Shown: piece by piece, positions 11,275 through 25,929 of the stretch | Position numbering within the stretch: the first letter of the stretch is position 1 | Layout: each line of letters opens with the position of its first letter | From: Anolis carolinensis | Taxonomy: Eukaryota | Length of the DNA: 64,000 nucleotides | NCBI RefSeq assembly: GCF_035594765.1 | Contig: NC_085844.1 | Location: 209,204,107 to 209,268,106 of the forward strand | Reading direction: 5' to 3' | The notes under the pieces: generated by a model | The model's database searches: none | Seen by the model: the letters and a program-made list of their open reading frames with translations, nothing else | What the model was told of the DNA's origin: nothing | Position numbers and translations under genes: made by a program

Positions 11275-13199
11275 CAACAGGATAATACGTTAGAATCAAG
11301 ACTAACAGCAATATCTAATAAACTATGAATAATTGAGAGATGACTTCTACTGTCATCTTTTGGACACTGATAGCCTCTTCTGAAGATAGAGCTGATATCT
11401 TATACATCATTTCTTTTAATAACCCAGCGTTTCTTCTACAACTCCTGATTTCTCGTAAAACACACAACCCCATGAATGAAGTTTCACTTTTATTTTTATC
11501 ACCTTTGCTGCTACTGTTTTTGGTTTGGTTACATAACCGTTTTTTTCTTTTCTATTTACTTTTAAAGTGGTGACTAATACTAAAAATAAATATCAATTCC
11601 TTAGGTAACTCTTATTGAAAAATATTAATTTTTTGGATTACAACTTCTGGGATCCCTTCTAGCCATGACAGCAAGCAATCAATGCTCTGGCTTTCAGCAA
11701 GGAATCAGAAGTACAGAGTTCTGACAAGAGTAATCTGCCTTTTGCTGTCCACTCCACTGGCAAGGAAAGTAGAAAACGTTATAGCAGAAAAAAGTGATCC
11801 ACCCATTTTTACCATGGCCTGCACGCAGTACCAACATACAGCTTTCAGTAGTTTAAGTGTGATGGACTGCAATCCTTGACAGACACAAGGTTGCTCACCC
11901 CCGAATTAAAGCATCATCAGTTTTTAACTGTTGTTGAACCTTTTGAAACACTCTACTCCAGCCGCAATTGAAATCTAATCAGCCCTTTTCTCCTTAAGTT
12001 ATTTAGAATAAAGTTCCCATAAAGTCTGGATAACATATGACTATTTCCATAGTTTATAAACTATGTTTCCTTATGCATAGTGTTATGAGCTACGCTTGAT
12101 AAATATGATTTGCAGTCTTTTTGGCAGAAAGATACCATATTCTGAACAACAAGAGATCAGGTATAGGAAATATTCTCTCCTGGATCCATGACCATCTTTG
12201 AAGAATACAAGTCTTATTTTAAAAATACAAATTGGAATTTTTCTATGAAATCCCTTCCCTCTTCCTGGCAAGGAAGGAAATGGTCTAGTTGCATTCAATA
12301 GAGCAAGCAGTACTTAATTATTTTTTACTCTTAATAAATGAGGTATCTTGCAAAATTGGCTCAGAATGTTACAACTATAAGTGGCTACACTTTTTCCCAT
12401 GTGGCAACTCAATTACTTTCACCAGAGGGACATCTAAGAATCATTAGAAGTCATGACCACAGAGTGAGAGATCATGTCTATATCTGCCCTTTGCACACAG
12501 ACCCTTTTCTTCATTAAGGCTATGTTTTGCCTCAGCTAAAGGTGTTTCTTTCACTCCAAATGACAGTCCACAAATTAGGAACAGGTTAAATATAGGCAGA
12601 GGGAAGAGATTTATATAAGCGCAAAGCAAAGGCAGAGACCTCAGCGAAAAGGAAAGATTCCAGATGGATTTTCTACAGAAGCAAAGAGCTGCAGAAATGT
12701 CTAAAGTCCTCTTCACCCAGAACCTGTTTCTCTGTCTTATTTGGACTTTTCTTCACATCAGAGAGAGGGGGAGAGAGGGGGAGGGAGAGAGAGAGGGGGA
12801 GGGAATTAATGTGTGTGTTAGTCTGAAGCTCCTTTACTCACAGCATCCTTAGGCTGCTCAGGGGTAGGGTTGTTGGGTTTCTACCTCTATCTTTTCTGTT
12901 TTCTTAATAATTTTTTTTTGCTTTACCTGGCTTCTTTTCCATTTTGGTGTAACTTTTGAGTTAATTGTTCATTATTAAAACATCGAGCCCTAAAGATCTT
13001 AAAGAGACTTAGTGCCTGCAGAGCTTCCCCCACAAACCAGTAAATTGCTCACTGGCATCATTGATTCCTATCACTCTTGGGACAAAGGGTTGTGCAAAGG
13101 CTTTACTGGCAATTCATAAAACTTTAACCTGAAGAATACAGTAAAGTTAATCATACTGGATCTTCCCACCTATGATTAATAACGGAAGTTTAAAAAGGT

Positions 13200-13621
13200 T
13201 CATGTTAGTCCTGCTACTGTCCCAAGCACAGTCTTCAAGACTGAGACAAAGGCCTGCAGCACTTCAGGCTTGTTGTCACTTTGCTTCACCAACATTTGTA
13301 TCTCTATTCCTCCAATCTCAAGCAGCAATTCAGTCAGGAAAAGGCAGCCAGTGTCATCCTGGGCTGCCAGATAGGCCTTCCACAGCTGGGAACCAGCTTT
13401 ACTCATTGCAATGGTCTGGATATGAACAACCTGCAATGCAGCCTGTATAGCGTCTGGAGGCACCATTTCCTGCCAGGGTACAGATTGCTGGCAGCCCACA
13501 TCTAGATTTATCCATGTCCTCTCAAACTGCTCAGCAGTCAGACACACGCTGGGCATTAGAATAAGGTCGCTTGAACTGTTATCAGAATGAGCTTTCTCCT
13601 TATCTTCTGTCACTGGGGGTG
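13200..13621 (-). CDS. AP4B1: AP4B1 last coding exon (beta-4 appendage/ear)
   Basis: ttttcag|CA CCC...LTAEQFERTW...IQAALQVVHIQTIAMSKAG..WKAYL..QDDTGCLFLTELLLE...*; 422 nt. Confidence 0.93.
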
Positions 13622-14170
13622 CTGAAAAGGAAGAAGAAACAAAACATGAACCACTGCATGCTTCATACCAATGACAAAGCTATAATTCAAACTACAAAGC
13701 CATAAACAACCAAGGACAAAAACTGAGAAGCACTAGCTCATTTACCCTTGATTGCCAGAGCCTCTCAGAAAGATGAGAAAGGGATAAATATAGTAGAAAT
13801 GGGGTATCATTATAAGCAACACAAAGAGAGCATACTAGTGGAACAAGCTATGTTCAGGGCTGTGAGTCCCCTGAGTTGTTCTCAAATTTAGAGAACCAAA
13901 TCTTCCCCAAAAAGAAAAGAAAAGAAAAAGCATCCCAGCAACAAAGGTAAGATTTCCAAGCATGTAGAGCAGAGCTTTTCAAACATTTCATGCTGGTGAC
14001 ATACTTTTTAAACATACATCATTTTGCAACACGGTAATTCATTTTTATTAGCAAACTAGAGGTTGTAAGTCATGGATACATATACATAAATTGTAATAAT
14101 GAATTATATGGGGACATAACATATGTTATGGAGCCTTTCATTTATATTTTTTAAAATACATGCTTTGTAA

Positions 14171-14840
14171 GATAATAATTTTATTCTTATACCCGCCCCA
14201 TCTCCCCGAAGGGACTCGGGGCGGCTTACATGGGGCCAAGCCCAGTCATCGACAATATAAAAACAAGACAATAAAACAGATCAAACAACAATAAAAAAGT
14301 CATATAAAAATCACATACAAAAAACGTAATGATAAAGTCTTGGATAAAATCTAGGGAAACTGGGCCAAAGGTGCTAGTTATGTTGATATCATCAGGGAGG
14401 GGTGGTTATCCAAATTGTCATAGCCTTCAAAGTGCTAGCAGAGGTGTAAATACAGGACTAATAATGGAAAGGTAACAGGTCGATCTTACTAGATCAGTTG
14501 TCAAAGGCCTGCTGGAAGAGCCATGTTTTCAGGCTCTTCCGAAAGGAGAGGAGGGTAGGGGCCTGCCTGATCTCCCTGGGGAGCAAGTTCCAGAGCCGGG
14601 GGGCCACGACGGAGAAGGCCCTCTCCCTCGTCCCCACCAACCGCGACTGCGAGGGTGGTGGGAGCGAGAGGAGGGCCTCCCCCGACGAGCGAAGAGATCT
14701 TGCAGGTTCATAGGGGGAAATGCGGTCACGAAGGTAGGTGGGTCCCGAACCGTTTAGGGCTTTGTAGGTAATGACCTGCATCTTGAATTGGGTTCAGAAA
14801 ATAAACGGCAGCCAATGGAGCTCCTTGAACAGGGGAGTAG
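14171..14840 (-). mobile_element. L2 LINE 3' fragment, nested in a hAT-like MITE (about 13970-14950)
   Basis: ORF 14494-14781 GERAFSVVAPRLWNLLPREIRQAPTLLSFRKSLKTWLF is the typical L2 ORF2 C-terminus, followed by the L2 3' tail. Confidence 0.85.
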
Positions 14841-15104
14841 ATAACAACATACATTACTGAGATTTTTGTCACTTCTCATTACATTCACACAACATACCTA
14901 TACATTGTAGCCAACACACTAATGTGTCGTAACACACAATTGGGAAACTGCTCTAGACTGAATAGGCATAATTGAAACCAATCTAGCTGAACTAGATGCT
15001 TAAAGCACGATTTCTCATTGGAAATTTGGTTTTTTTTAATTAAGGGCAAAGTGAGATCAGAAAGCTGAGATAAGAGGCTGACAGCTAATTGAAGTTTTTT
15101 TTAC

Positions 15105-15392
15105 CTTTGCCCACTGTGGAAGCGTCTTCACAAGGGGAGTCAGCGTGATGAAGATCAGTCAAAACCTGGCTAGCTGTCATAGCTGTCCATTGTTCTTTGC
15201 CATAGATGGGTACCAAAGTGTTGAAGTCAGAGGCCCACAGATTCACAGAGCTTTCGGCCTGTTCTTCCAGAAGTCGTAGAGAGTGATCAGATGTGGGGCT
15301 GCACAGAACCCTTTTTGTCTCCTCCATGCCAGCTTGCAAAAGACGATAGTAGAACAGAGCACGGTCCCGAACTGTCATGTCTCTTTCCTCTT
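15105..15392 (-). CDS. AP4B1: AP4B1 coding exon 9
   Basis: ctaag|AA GAG...[19 protein letters not shown]...[15 protein letters not shown]...|gtaaa; 288 nt, phase 1-1. Confidence 0.92.
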
Positions 15393-15711
15393 CTTAGATG
15401 AAAAAGAATAGTTTTGCTCACAACAAAGAGCACAATATTCATTCAATTCAAAATTAAGACATATTACACTACTACTTGTAGTGCTCTTATTTCTATATTT
15501 GGTAAATTTGCCACAAGCAGTGCAAGGAAGCAAAAGAAATGTGTAGCAAATGTTTAAACTCTGGTCTGGCTTTGCCATTTATGGATTTTTGAAGCTGGAG
15601 CAATTCTGTCACACAATTTTCAGTAACCTATAATTACTATGGTCACTCCCCACCACAATTATCATTATCTTTGTCATGATATAGAACCTATCTTAGAAAG
15701 AATATCCTTAC

Positions 15712-15919
15712 CTATACAATAATAAAGCAATCGGCCCAACATATCTTGACATTCAGCTGGACGTGCTATGAAGAGGCGTACCAATGCTGTCAGCAACTCC
15801 ACCTTCACAACTGAGAATGTCTCTGATTTTATATTGTCGACAAAATCTTCCAAGATATAAGGGACATTGGGAATTCTCTCCCCATGCACTCCCAGAAGCC
15901 AGATTAATGCTTGCTTGCC
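15712..15919 (-). CDS. AP4B1: AP4B1 coding exon 8
   Basis: cacag|[18 protein letters not shown]...[17 protein letters not shown]|gtaag; 208 nt. Confidence 0.95.
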
Positions 15920-17296
15920 CTGTGAAATGAAACCAAACACCTCAGAATCAAAACTGCTTTACTTGATTTCATATTTAGCAATGCTGAGACAAAGTTCATG
16001 CAACTAAACTGACATGCTGAGAAAATCATCAATATGTGTAGATTAGAGCATACTGTGAAGTGAGCTGACAGACAGGGCCTCATCATATACCCAGTTAACA
16101 ATTCTGATGCCAATTGGTGTAAAAATTAGAATCAAGTTAAAAAAATTAGGTTTTTTTTTAATGTGAAGGCTGAGAACATTTTTATTAGCTTTTTTGTTAA
16201 TAAAGTACCAATCAAACAACAAATATTAATACAATAATACAATAGTGAATTAAAAAACAAAGGAGTACACATGTTTCTGAAATAATATATCAGGCCAGAA
16301 AATTACCAGACCAAGTTACACTTATAAAACGATCTTTTTGTACATATGATGATGCCTAAGTGAAGAAAAGAGTGTGACACCAAAGAGAGATCCAATAGCA
16401 TCAACATAAAACCTTTCCTCTTCATTAATACATTGAAATAGAAGTAAAGAAATATCAAAGAGATACACACTGAAGAAGACACTCATCTCCTTGTCTGGTG
16501 ATAACATTTGAGTACCATATTCATTGTCATGGCTGCATCCTACAGAATCCTGGATTTAAAAATCTGAGGATGCATCAAAGCTCTCTGGCTGATTTTTATT
16601 TTTTTTTTGAATTTGTGGTGTGGATGTTACACAATTTTTTAAATGCTGCTTCTCACTTTCAGTACCTCAAAAGCACTTTGCTACAGCAAAAGTAGGTCCA
16701 AGAAATCAAGAAGTGAAGGGCAACTGGCACTATGAACCTTGAGAAATGTAATTGAGGAAAATGACTCAGCAAACGAACAGGCCTTCATTTGTCACTGAGG
16801 GCTTCCTAACATGAGAAGATGTGTTAATCTTGATGTAAATGCAAATTGTGTTGGCACTGAGCTTTGAGTTTTTTGTTTAATACCAAACTTGTTCTGGACT
16901 TTGTCCTTTCTCAAGTGAAAAAGCAGGTATATTACTGCAACAGCAACTACTGCTGGTGCTTCCCTTTAAAAAAATGATATTTTCCTTTTTTTTAAAAAAA
17001 ATTGTAGTTGTTTGGAAATAATAAGCAATTGTTCTTTGTAGAAAGTCAGGAGTTCTGTATTGAAGTTGGAAATAAAAGGAATTACCGCTGATATAGTTTG
17101 GGGCCGGAAACATTTCTACAGATATAGGTGCAAACAGCCTGGCCTTTCAGTTCTGGGGGTCTATGGAACAGAACTGGTTTTACAGTTTCCATTTGGGGAC
17201 ATGTAAGAAATATGTTCCCGATATGCTGTGCAGTTCCTGTTGGTTCTACTGAACTTATCGATGGTTTTCGATACTGGCCATGGTATCCTTCTAGAT

Positions 17297-17396
17297 CAGC
17301 GGTTCTAAACGTGTGGGTCCCCAGGTGTTTTGGCCTACAGCTCCAAGAAATCCCAGCTAGTTTACCAGCTGGTGACCCACAGGTTGAGAACCACTG
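17297..17396. mobile_element. SPIN-like hAT MITE, 100 bp
   Basis: TIRs CAGCGGTTCT.AAC / GTTGAGAACCACTG with a perfect 8-bp TSD TTCTAGAT (17289-17296, 17397-17404). Confidence 0.85.
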
Positions 17397-17806
17397 TTCT
17401 AGATCGTCTTGCTTGGATAAGGCTTGGGGGCAGTATTTTACAGGACTCTGTTTCCTGGAGGGATGCTCTCAGAAGGTGAGGCAGGGGGTTTCCTGTTGGA
17501 CTCCTTTGACTACTGGCCTGTGGAGTTCCTCAGATTGAATTTTTTCCCTATAGCTACTTAATATACACATGAAACTGCCACGAGGGTCTGTCCAGATTTT
17601 GGGGATGGGTGTCACCAGGATGTTGATGATGCTCAGTTCTATTACTTTCTTCCACCTAATACTAAGAAAGCTGTGCTAAGCCAGAACTTGCATCCATAAT
17701 GAAATGGAGAATGAAAAAAACTGAACTAAATCCAGATTGACAGAGGCCAATTGAAAGACATATTTTGGAATAGGGCTCCAGCCCTGAAGATGCAGATTTG
17801 GTGGTA

Positions 17807-18129
17807 CAGTAGAGTCTCACTTATCCAAGCCTCGCTTATCCAAGCCTCTGGATTATCCAAGCCATTTTTGTAGTCAATGTTTTCAATATATCGTGATATT
17901 TTGGTGCTAAATTCGTAAATACAGTAATTACAATATAACATTACTGCGTATTGAACTACTTTTTCTGTCAAATTTGTTGTATAACATGAAGTTTTGGTGC
18001 TTAATTTGTAAAATCATAACCTAATTTGATGTTTAATAGGGTTTTCCTTAATCCCTCCTTATTATCCAAGATATTCGCCTATCCAAGCTTCTGCCGGTGC
18101 GTTTAGCTTGGATAAGTGAGACTCTACTG
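17807..18129. mobile_element. Tc1/mariner-type MITE, same family as 10188
   Basis: TIRs CAGTAGAGTCTCACTTATCCAAGC; TA TSD. Confidence 0.88.
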
Positions 18130-18817
18130 TACTTCTGGATTTAGTTCTGAGTTTCAGAAGTGATCAGGGGTAGATTTGCACAATTAAAGCTAGTGTGCAA
18201 ACTATGCTTATTCCTGCAGAAGTTTGATCTAGCCACTGTAGTACATGTTTTAGTTAGACCCTGTTTGGATTCCTGCAATACGTTCTACATGGGCTGCCTT
18301 TGATAAGGGCTTAGAAACTTAAATTGACCAAGGAATTCCAGTCAGATTTTTAATGGGGATTGGCTACAGAGAACACACAATAAATTCCCTTGAGGAAGCA
18401 ACTATGCTGGCTGCTAGTCTGTTTCTGGGCCCAGTTTAAAGTGCTGGTGAGAACCTACAAAGTCATATATGAGTTAGACCTAGGCTTTTTGAAGAACCAT
18501 ATCTCCCTATGTGATCTTTTTAGAGTTCTAAAACCTTCAAGAGTCAACCCATGTAGACTGTACATCTGAACACTGGCATACAGTCTTAATAGAAAGGAAA
18601 ATCGTGTAGTTCTTTCCCTTTCAGTCTCTGATAAAATCCTAATAGATAAAATAGAATTCTATCATATACTCAAGAGGTACACATACAAATTGCACCATAT
18701 TAGGTCATGGATTTTTTGTTGGAAAAATATAAGGGTTTTATTTACAACTTTATATCAAAGTTGCATTTCTCAACTTGCTGTCTGACATGAGTGTTTAAAA
18801 TAGCCTCAATTGAGTCA

Positions 18818-19000
<183 letters not shown>

Positions 19001-19114
19001 TCAAAATAGAAAGCAGTAAAATCCAGAGTGAAACAGTCAGCAATATTAAAATATATTAAGAACCAGGTTCGACAACAATATTTTAATTTCTTGTCTCCCA
19101 TAAGAATGTGCTCT

Positions 19115-19268
19115 CTTAGATGTGGAGTCTTTTCTCTGGAGGCTTTTAAGAAGAGGCTAGATGGCCATTTGTTGGGCGTGCTTAAATTGTGTCTTCCTAC
19201 AATGCAGAATGGGATTGGACCAGATGGCCAATTGTGGTCTCTTCAAACTCTACGATTCTATGATTCTT
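19115..19268 (+). mobile_element. CR1 LINE 3' end
   Basis: SLEAFKKRLDGHL-type tail and terminal (ATTCTRYG)n repeat. Confidence 0.8.
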
Positions 19269-20563
19269 AGGGGCCCATCTATCCTTGAGAAGGAAGATAA
19301 GCCAATTACAGTGCTGTCTTCTTTCTCTACCACTTGCATCTCCTTTGTTCCCAGAAAGTAAAGCATGGATCTCTAATGGAGACCGCAAATGACTGGTAGG
19401 TTTACTGAGGAAGAGGAAGTCTTTCTAATAACTTCATCATAAGTATTCCAGAACTTTATAGAAATAGCATGTTGACTGGAGTATGGAAATTAATCAGAAG
19501 CAAATGAAACTTAAACAATATTGTCTCAATATGGATATAAAGTTGGGAAACAGAAATTATTTTGGTTCAGAATCTTAGTACCGCCTGCAGTTTAAAAATA
19601 CATTGCAAGGCTAGCCTCAAGAATACTGTAAGATTCTAATCTGGATTTTATAACATAAATGTATATGGAGCAGTGTCCACACTTGCTTTCCCCTGAAAGG
19701 AATGCAAATGGTGCATCAGTTGAAGCAAAGCAAATGTACAACTACCTGACAGTATAGTACCAGACTTGAAGCCAGAAACCCATCTAGACTGCAGATCTCA
19801 AACCTTTTCTAGGGAGCAATCCTCCTTAAAAAAGGTTACACAACCAGACCTGACCAGCATTTCTATTGATCAACTGGAATCATTTCTTGTTTGATAAAAC
19901 GCCACTTGAGGTAATGAAGAGTCGGAAGCAACTGAATGAATAAACAACAAAATGTCACAGCTTTTAGTCTCCAACCAATGCATCACTGCATTCAGATACC
20001 AGTTGAAAGTTTTCTTTGATTTCTCACTTTACTAATTTATTTCAATGCATTTATTTATCCTTGCAACCCATCAGAGTCCTCAAGGCATTGCATAATTGAT
20101 AAAAACATTTTAAAAATTTTTAACTGTCCAAATTCCACTTTTCAAATACTTCAAACAGTTAGTGACAGTGGCTTGCTATTTTTGTGGCAGACTACAAGCC
20201 ATTATTTGATAAAATAATTTAAGGTCTAAGAGATTTCAGATTTGAGGTAGCAGCTGGGAAGATACATGCTTTTTCTATGCCATCTGGAATAACAAGCTCA
20301 ATCATGCAAATAAATGCTTGAAGCAATCCAGATACAGTACTCAAAAACTTTCAGAGTTCCTAAGTATGTCAATGTATTCTGAAATCTAGTTTAGCTGATA
20401 TCTAAAATTTGGATTAATTAATACAGAGTGGCCCTATTAAAAAGACATAAGCAAGAACAGATTAAAGAGAAAAATCTGTAATAGCACTGGCAAAATTGTA
20501 TTGTAAAGATTATCCAACAGGTAACACACAGACCAAAACTCAATCAGAAAAAATGTAAGTTAC

Positions 20564-20647
20564 CTGAAGTTATATGCTCTTGTTTCAACTCAAGAAGCTC
20601 TGTTAGGATTCTTACACATTGCTCTGTATAGGTCCTTGCTATCTTTC
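20564..20647 (-). CDS. AP4B1: AP4B1 coding exon 6
   Basis: tttgtag|(G)[27 protein letters not shown]|gtaac; 84 nt; absent from the ORF track. Confidence 0.93.
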
Positions 20648-21914
20648 CTACAAACACCACAATGCAAAACTTTAATATAGAGACAGACAAAAAACATTAT
20701 TTCTAATACTGTCAGCACTTATTAGAGTGGAGATGAATCATGAAGAAAGAACTTCTTTCCTCAATAGATTCTTTCATTTTTTTTTCAAGCCCAAACTGTC
20801 CTAACTTATTTGTTGTTGCTAAGAATGTGATTTTGAAGAAGAAATTCCATGATAGGACCTTAGGGTCACTGTATGTTGGAAATGACTTGAAGGCTCACAA
20901 CAACAATCATGATACCTACAGAACAAAAAAGGGGGCATATAATTCCCAAATGCACTTAGCAGTGCCTTAACTCACTAATGGCACATATTAACAACCAATA
21001 ATGAATTGCATCTTTGGACACAGAAATACAACCATATAAACACCTGTATGAGCTTTAAGCAGAGATCAGAGAAAATGATCAGTTAATAGGGCGGCTGTAA
21101 CTGATCACCTCAAAGGTGGGGGAAGTACTTTGTATAAATTAAGAACGTATAAACCAGTCTGGTTAGGATGAGAAAAGTAGAAAACTGTAGTTGATAACAA
21201 AGTTTCTACTGCATTACATTAGTAGAAGCTAATGCCACTAAACTGCATTATAAAAAGTTTAATATATCTGTGACAGGCATCTGAAGTTCAAATATAGGTC
21301 ACTGCTATTGTGTGTTTTCAAGTAATTTCCAGTTTGCGGAAACCCTAAAGCAAACCTATCACAGGACTTTCTTCACAATATTTTGATGTTTGCTAGTGCT
21401 TTCTCTTAAGCCAAGCGAGTATGACTTGGCCAAGACCCAGTAAGTTTACAGTGTTTTGAACCCTGGTCTTCAGAGTCCTAGCTCAACAATGAAACTACTG
21501 CACTACACTGGTTTCTTAAGTTATTAATGATGTGTGTATTAATGACGGACCAAATTTCAGCTAAATTCATCTTGAAAAGAGGTCTAACGCCCCTAAATTC
21601 CTGTTCAGATCAAACATAAAATAGGTGACTGCAATTTGAAATATACTTACCTCAGGGTTAAATTGACAACGTAGACACCACTGAGAAGCCAGGTATTGCC
21701 AGAACCAAAGATGGCACAATTCATGCCAACCCAATTCAAAATATTATTCAAATGTTGGCCTGTTCAGTCTTATAGTATGAGCCAAGTTGTGAAACACAAC
21801 CTCAGCCATGGAAAAGATAACTTTTATGAATTTCTTACTCTTTTTTTCAGTCCCTAAGAAATCAGCAGATAGAGAATTGTATTCATTAGCCTATAACCCT
21901 GATATTGCTCCTAC

Positions 21915-22411
21915 CTATGGCAAAGATTGCTCCCTGTGCAAGTTCTGCTGAGATGTCTGTACAGTAGTCCCTCAGTTCCTCCAGCACCTGCTGTATGTTC
22001 TCATCGTTCACCAGTTTGCACAGCACCTCCATTTTCTGGCACTTGATGTAATATGGTTCTGAGTAAGAGCAGAAGAACTTTTTGTAATGGCTGCTGAAGT
22101 GGCCAGGAAGGCTGTCTAAGATTTGACGCACATGACACAGAGCAGCAAAGCAGAGCTCTCTACTTTCAGAAGTACAAGCAGCCAGGAGCGGGCCCTTCAC
22201 TCTCACGAGGACGTCTGTCTGCACATGTGGAAAGTCTCTAGCCAGCACAAGGAAGAGTTTAGTGGCAGCCATGACCACACTGCAGCTGCTACTCTTCAGA
22301 TAGTTATCCAATAAGTTAAGGATGTCAAAGAGCTCTTCATCACTGCGGGGTTTGTAGCGCAAAAGAAAGGTCAGTACCTCACTCTGGCCCCATTGGTCTA
22401 GATCAGGCATC
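21915..22411 (-). CDS. AP4B1: AP4B1 coding exon 5
   Basis: gacag|[14 protein letters not shown]...[16 protein letters not shown]...AIFAI|gtagg; 497 nt. Confidence 0.96.
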
Positions 22412-23430
22412 CTGTCAGAAAAACCAAAACCAATGTTGTAAATTTATAGCTTGCCTTTCCCTCATAGATGGTAGATCAAAAGACCATATCTAAATATTAG
22501 CTATAAATATATTTGAACAGAAATGAAATTGTTTATGAAAATTTAACTCTTCAGCCCATGTAGTTTTAATAAGGTAACAAGATTTGGCTTCTAATGAGTG
22601 TCGTCAGAAGGCAAATTCTAAAACTAAACTGTCAAAAAGATAAATGTGCATGCACTCAGTGTCTGTATGAGAGAACAAGGAACTAACAGAACACTAGAGG
22701 TCTTCAATCCGATCTCTGCCATGCCAAACACTGAAGAGATCTTTGTGGAGTGGAAATGGCTTCACAAAGTAAGCAACTGAAAACGTCTTTCCTTAGAAAT
22801 GTTCCCAGCAGGAATAAACAGAATTACATGGTTATATCACCAGCATCATATGATCAGTGCCAATGTTCACCCAAAACCTGGCTAAAACTAATGTTTAAAG
22901 AGTGGCTGTTTGATTGACCAGTTGATACCTGCAACATAATTTTAAAACCAGACTAGCAATCAAGTGTTACCCAGGAACACTGCAATCTGCAAGCCAACCA
23001 TCTCCTTTATTTAAACAAATATATATACAAACTGACAAACCCTGCAATTTTATACACAATACTTTTAATAGCTTTGTGCATGAAACAAGGTCTGTGTACA
23101 TTTGATGACCAGAAAGCTAAGGTGTCATTATCTCAACCATCCATGTTGACAATTTTGGAGTATTTTGGAATTCCAAATAAAATCTACTCAATCTGCAGTA
23201 GTTTTTCATTAAAACAAGCCATGATACTGTTTTAATTTTTAAACCACCTTTTTAAAGCTCTAAGTTATTCTATTGAAATATGTGTAATTCACTTCATTAG
23301 ATACTGCAGACCACTTCTAAAGCAGACAGTTGACATTTTAAAGCCATTACAAGTATACTGCAACTGTGAAGACCCAAAGTATACTGTAGTTGAGAAGCAG
23401 ATTTCTACAAACTAAACATGGAAGAATTTA

Positions 23431-23709
<279 letters not shown>

Positions 23710-24152
23710 TCAATCCAATAATACAACAGCTTTGTCAGAAGGACAGTTGCCAAATGACTGCAGAAAGTATCCAAGTGAGCAGAGGATAATTTCACTCAAG
23801 AAAATGTCTGTGAAGGTGGCCTCCTGACTTAGCTTCAGAGAAATCTGTGTTCAATAAAACTATGCTAAGCATCATTGATTGAGTTATTTGCCACACTTGT
23901 ACCCTGCCTTTCTCACCCCGAAGGGGATTCAGGGTGGCTTTACAAAGGCAACAATTTGATGCCACATATACATATCGATAAATAAACAAATGTATTAAAA
24001 TCCAAACCAAATAAAAACCTAAACATCAATTTAAAAGATCATGCCCTGATCCCTGCACTGCAGCATCAAACTGAACTGTCTACACATTTATTCAAATGTT
24101 ACATGTGACTGAACAGACGGGGAAAGAAACATATTTGCATATGCATATTTAC

Positions 24153-24283
24153 CCACTTCACAGTCTCCCTGGAGTTTCTGCATCTTTGCACATCCAAGAA
24201 CAGCTACTCTCCTAACATAGGAGGCTTTGTCTCGCAGGCCATTCAGGATTGGCTGTTGGATATACTCTTGTATGCCAGGCATC
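24153..24283 (-). CDS. AP4B1: AP4B1 coding exon 3
   Basis: ttcag|[35 protein letters not shown]...EV|gtaaa; 131 nt. Confidence 0.96.
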
Positions 24284-25004
24284 CTGAAAACATTGGAAGT
24301 GTATCAGGCTCAAGAACTGAATTCTTTTTTAATGTCATTTACACAGCACTTCTTTAATATACATACTTAGACATTTAATTAAGGCCTTCAGGATGGTGCT
24401 GCTTTGAGTCCAAGAGGGAAACAGATTAAAAAATGATTCCCATTCTATGCGCACATTCCTTTAAATTAGCTTAATTCTAGTCAGAGAAACAGTCGTCCTA
24501 AAATACTCCTCTAAATTCCTTATTTTCCAAGAACATTTGGTAAAGAAAAATAAATACAAAGGATGTGCTAGTTTTAAAAGGACAAAAAACAAAAACAAAA
24601 TGCAATTGTGCAATAACATCATCAAGACTAAGATGCAAATAAAACAAAAGTTTTGAGTTCTTTAGAACTCTCCTTCAGGCCATGCAAAATAAAAAATTAG
24701 AAACGGAAAAGTACAAAAATGAGGCCAGGTGTTGCTGCCACAAGGCCTGCGTTCAGAATGCATCTTCTTTTCATGGGCTCTGCAGATTCCAGAACGAATG
24801 TAAAGAACGTACTTATGCTCATGTACCACTGCCAAAATTTAAGCACCAGTTTAAGAATTATTATGAAAAGTTGAGCTAATGAGATTTATTAAGTAATACA
24901 AATCGTATTTGATTTAGTAATGCAAAACAGTTCATCTTGTGTGTCTATAGTGAAGATCAAGGCAAACAGCACCACATTACTTCCAAACCCAACAGTGACC
25001 TTAC

Positions 25005-25229
25005 CTGAGACTGCACATGCTGCGCAGGGCCAGGCCCCTAACCATAGGATTTGGGTCTGAGCAATCTTTGCATAGAGTATTGATAGCTAAGAGAGCTAAA
25101 TCAGGCTTCAGTGGAGCATACGTGCACATGTACAAGTAAACTAACTTCTTCTGAACAATATCCACAGTGGCACTAGCTTTAACCATCTCCATAAAGACCC
25201 CAGAGACATCTATACCTTGGGTCATATGC
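25005..25229 (-). CDS. AP4B1: AP4B1 coding exon 2
   Basis: ttcag|[10 protein letters not shown]...[12 protein letters not shown]...[18 protein letters not shown]|gtaag; 225 nt. Confidence 0.96.
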
Positions 25230-25816
25230 CTGAAAATAAGTGGTAAAAGCATGTAAATATGTGAGTACATATTATGGTACCTTTAAATCATAACAAACCC
25301 CGGGAATGGTCAGTACCCATGTATAAACCATATGTAATTTTGGGTCATATTAGGAAAAGAAGAATAAAATCAGTATGAATGTACATAAAATATTCAGAGA
25401 AAAGCTTCAGTTTCAACATAAACAGTTCAAACAAACTACTCCAAAGAAAAGTTTCAGTTAAAACTTTTTTTTAAAAAGCATTTCAAACAAAATTATCTAA
25501 AAGAACAAGGAAAGTGAAGAAGAAAAGTATAAGAAAGAGAGAGAGGAGGTGGGGAGCTGCAGAGCAGCAGATCTTGACTCTTTGACCAAATACTACTGTT
25601 TACATTCTGGTATATTTTATTTAATGGCTAAGAATCAGATACAGAATATAGCAGTTATCCCTTTCTCTAATACAACAATTTACATATTACAATAGCAACC
25701 ATGCCCAGTGTGTGTGTGTGTCAAAGTTATTAGAGCATATACTACTGACTCTAAGCCCTTAGCATTTTCCAAAGTCTATTAGACAAGTATTTGGCATATT
25801 GTACAAAGGTACAGAC

Positions 25817-25929
25817 CTGATCACACGCTGAATAACATTTCTATAGCGGAGGCGATCAGCTTGTACATGTGGGTTAGACAGTGCTCTCTTCAGCTCCTTC
25901 AGAGCATCCTCTGATCCAAGGTATGGCAT
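25817..25929 (-). CDS. AP4B1: AP4B1 first coding exon; full CDS of 10 exons = 2220 nt, 739 aa (AP-4 complex subunit beta-1)
   Basis: [38 protein letters not shown], 113 nt, weak donor AG|gtctgt. Upstream acceptor at 25977 implies a non-coding exon further up (candidate donor at 27500). All exon phases are consistent. Confidence 0.95.
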
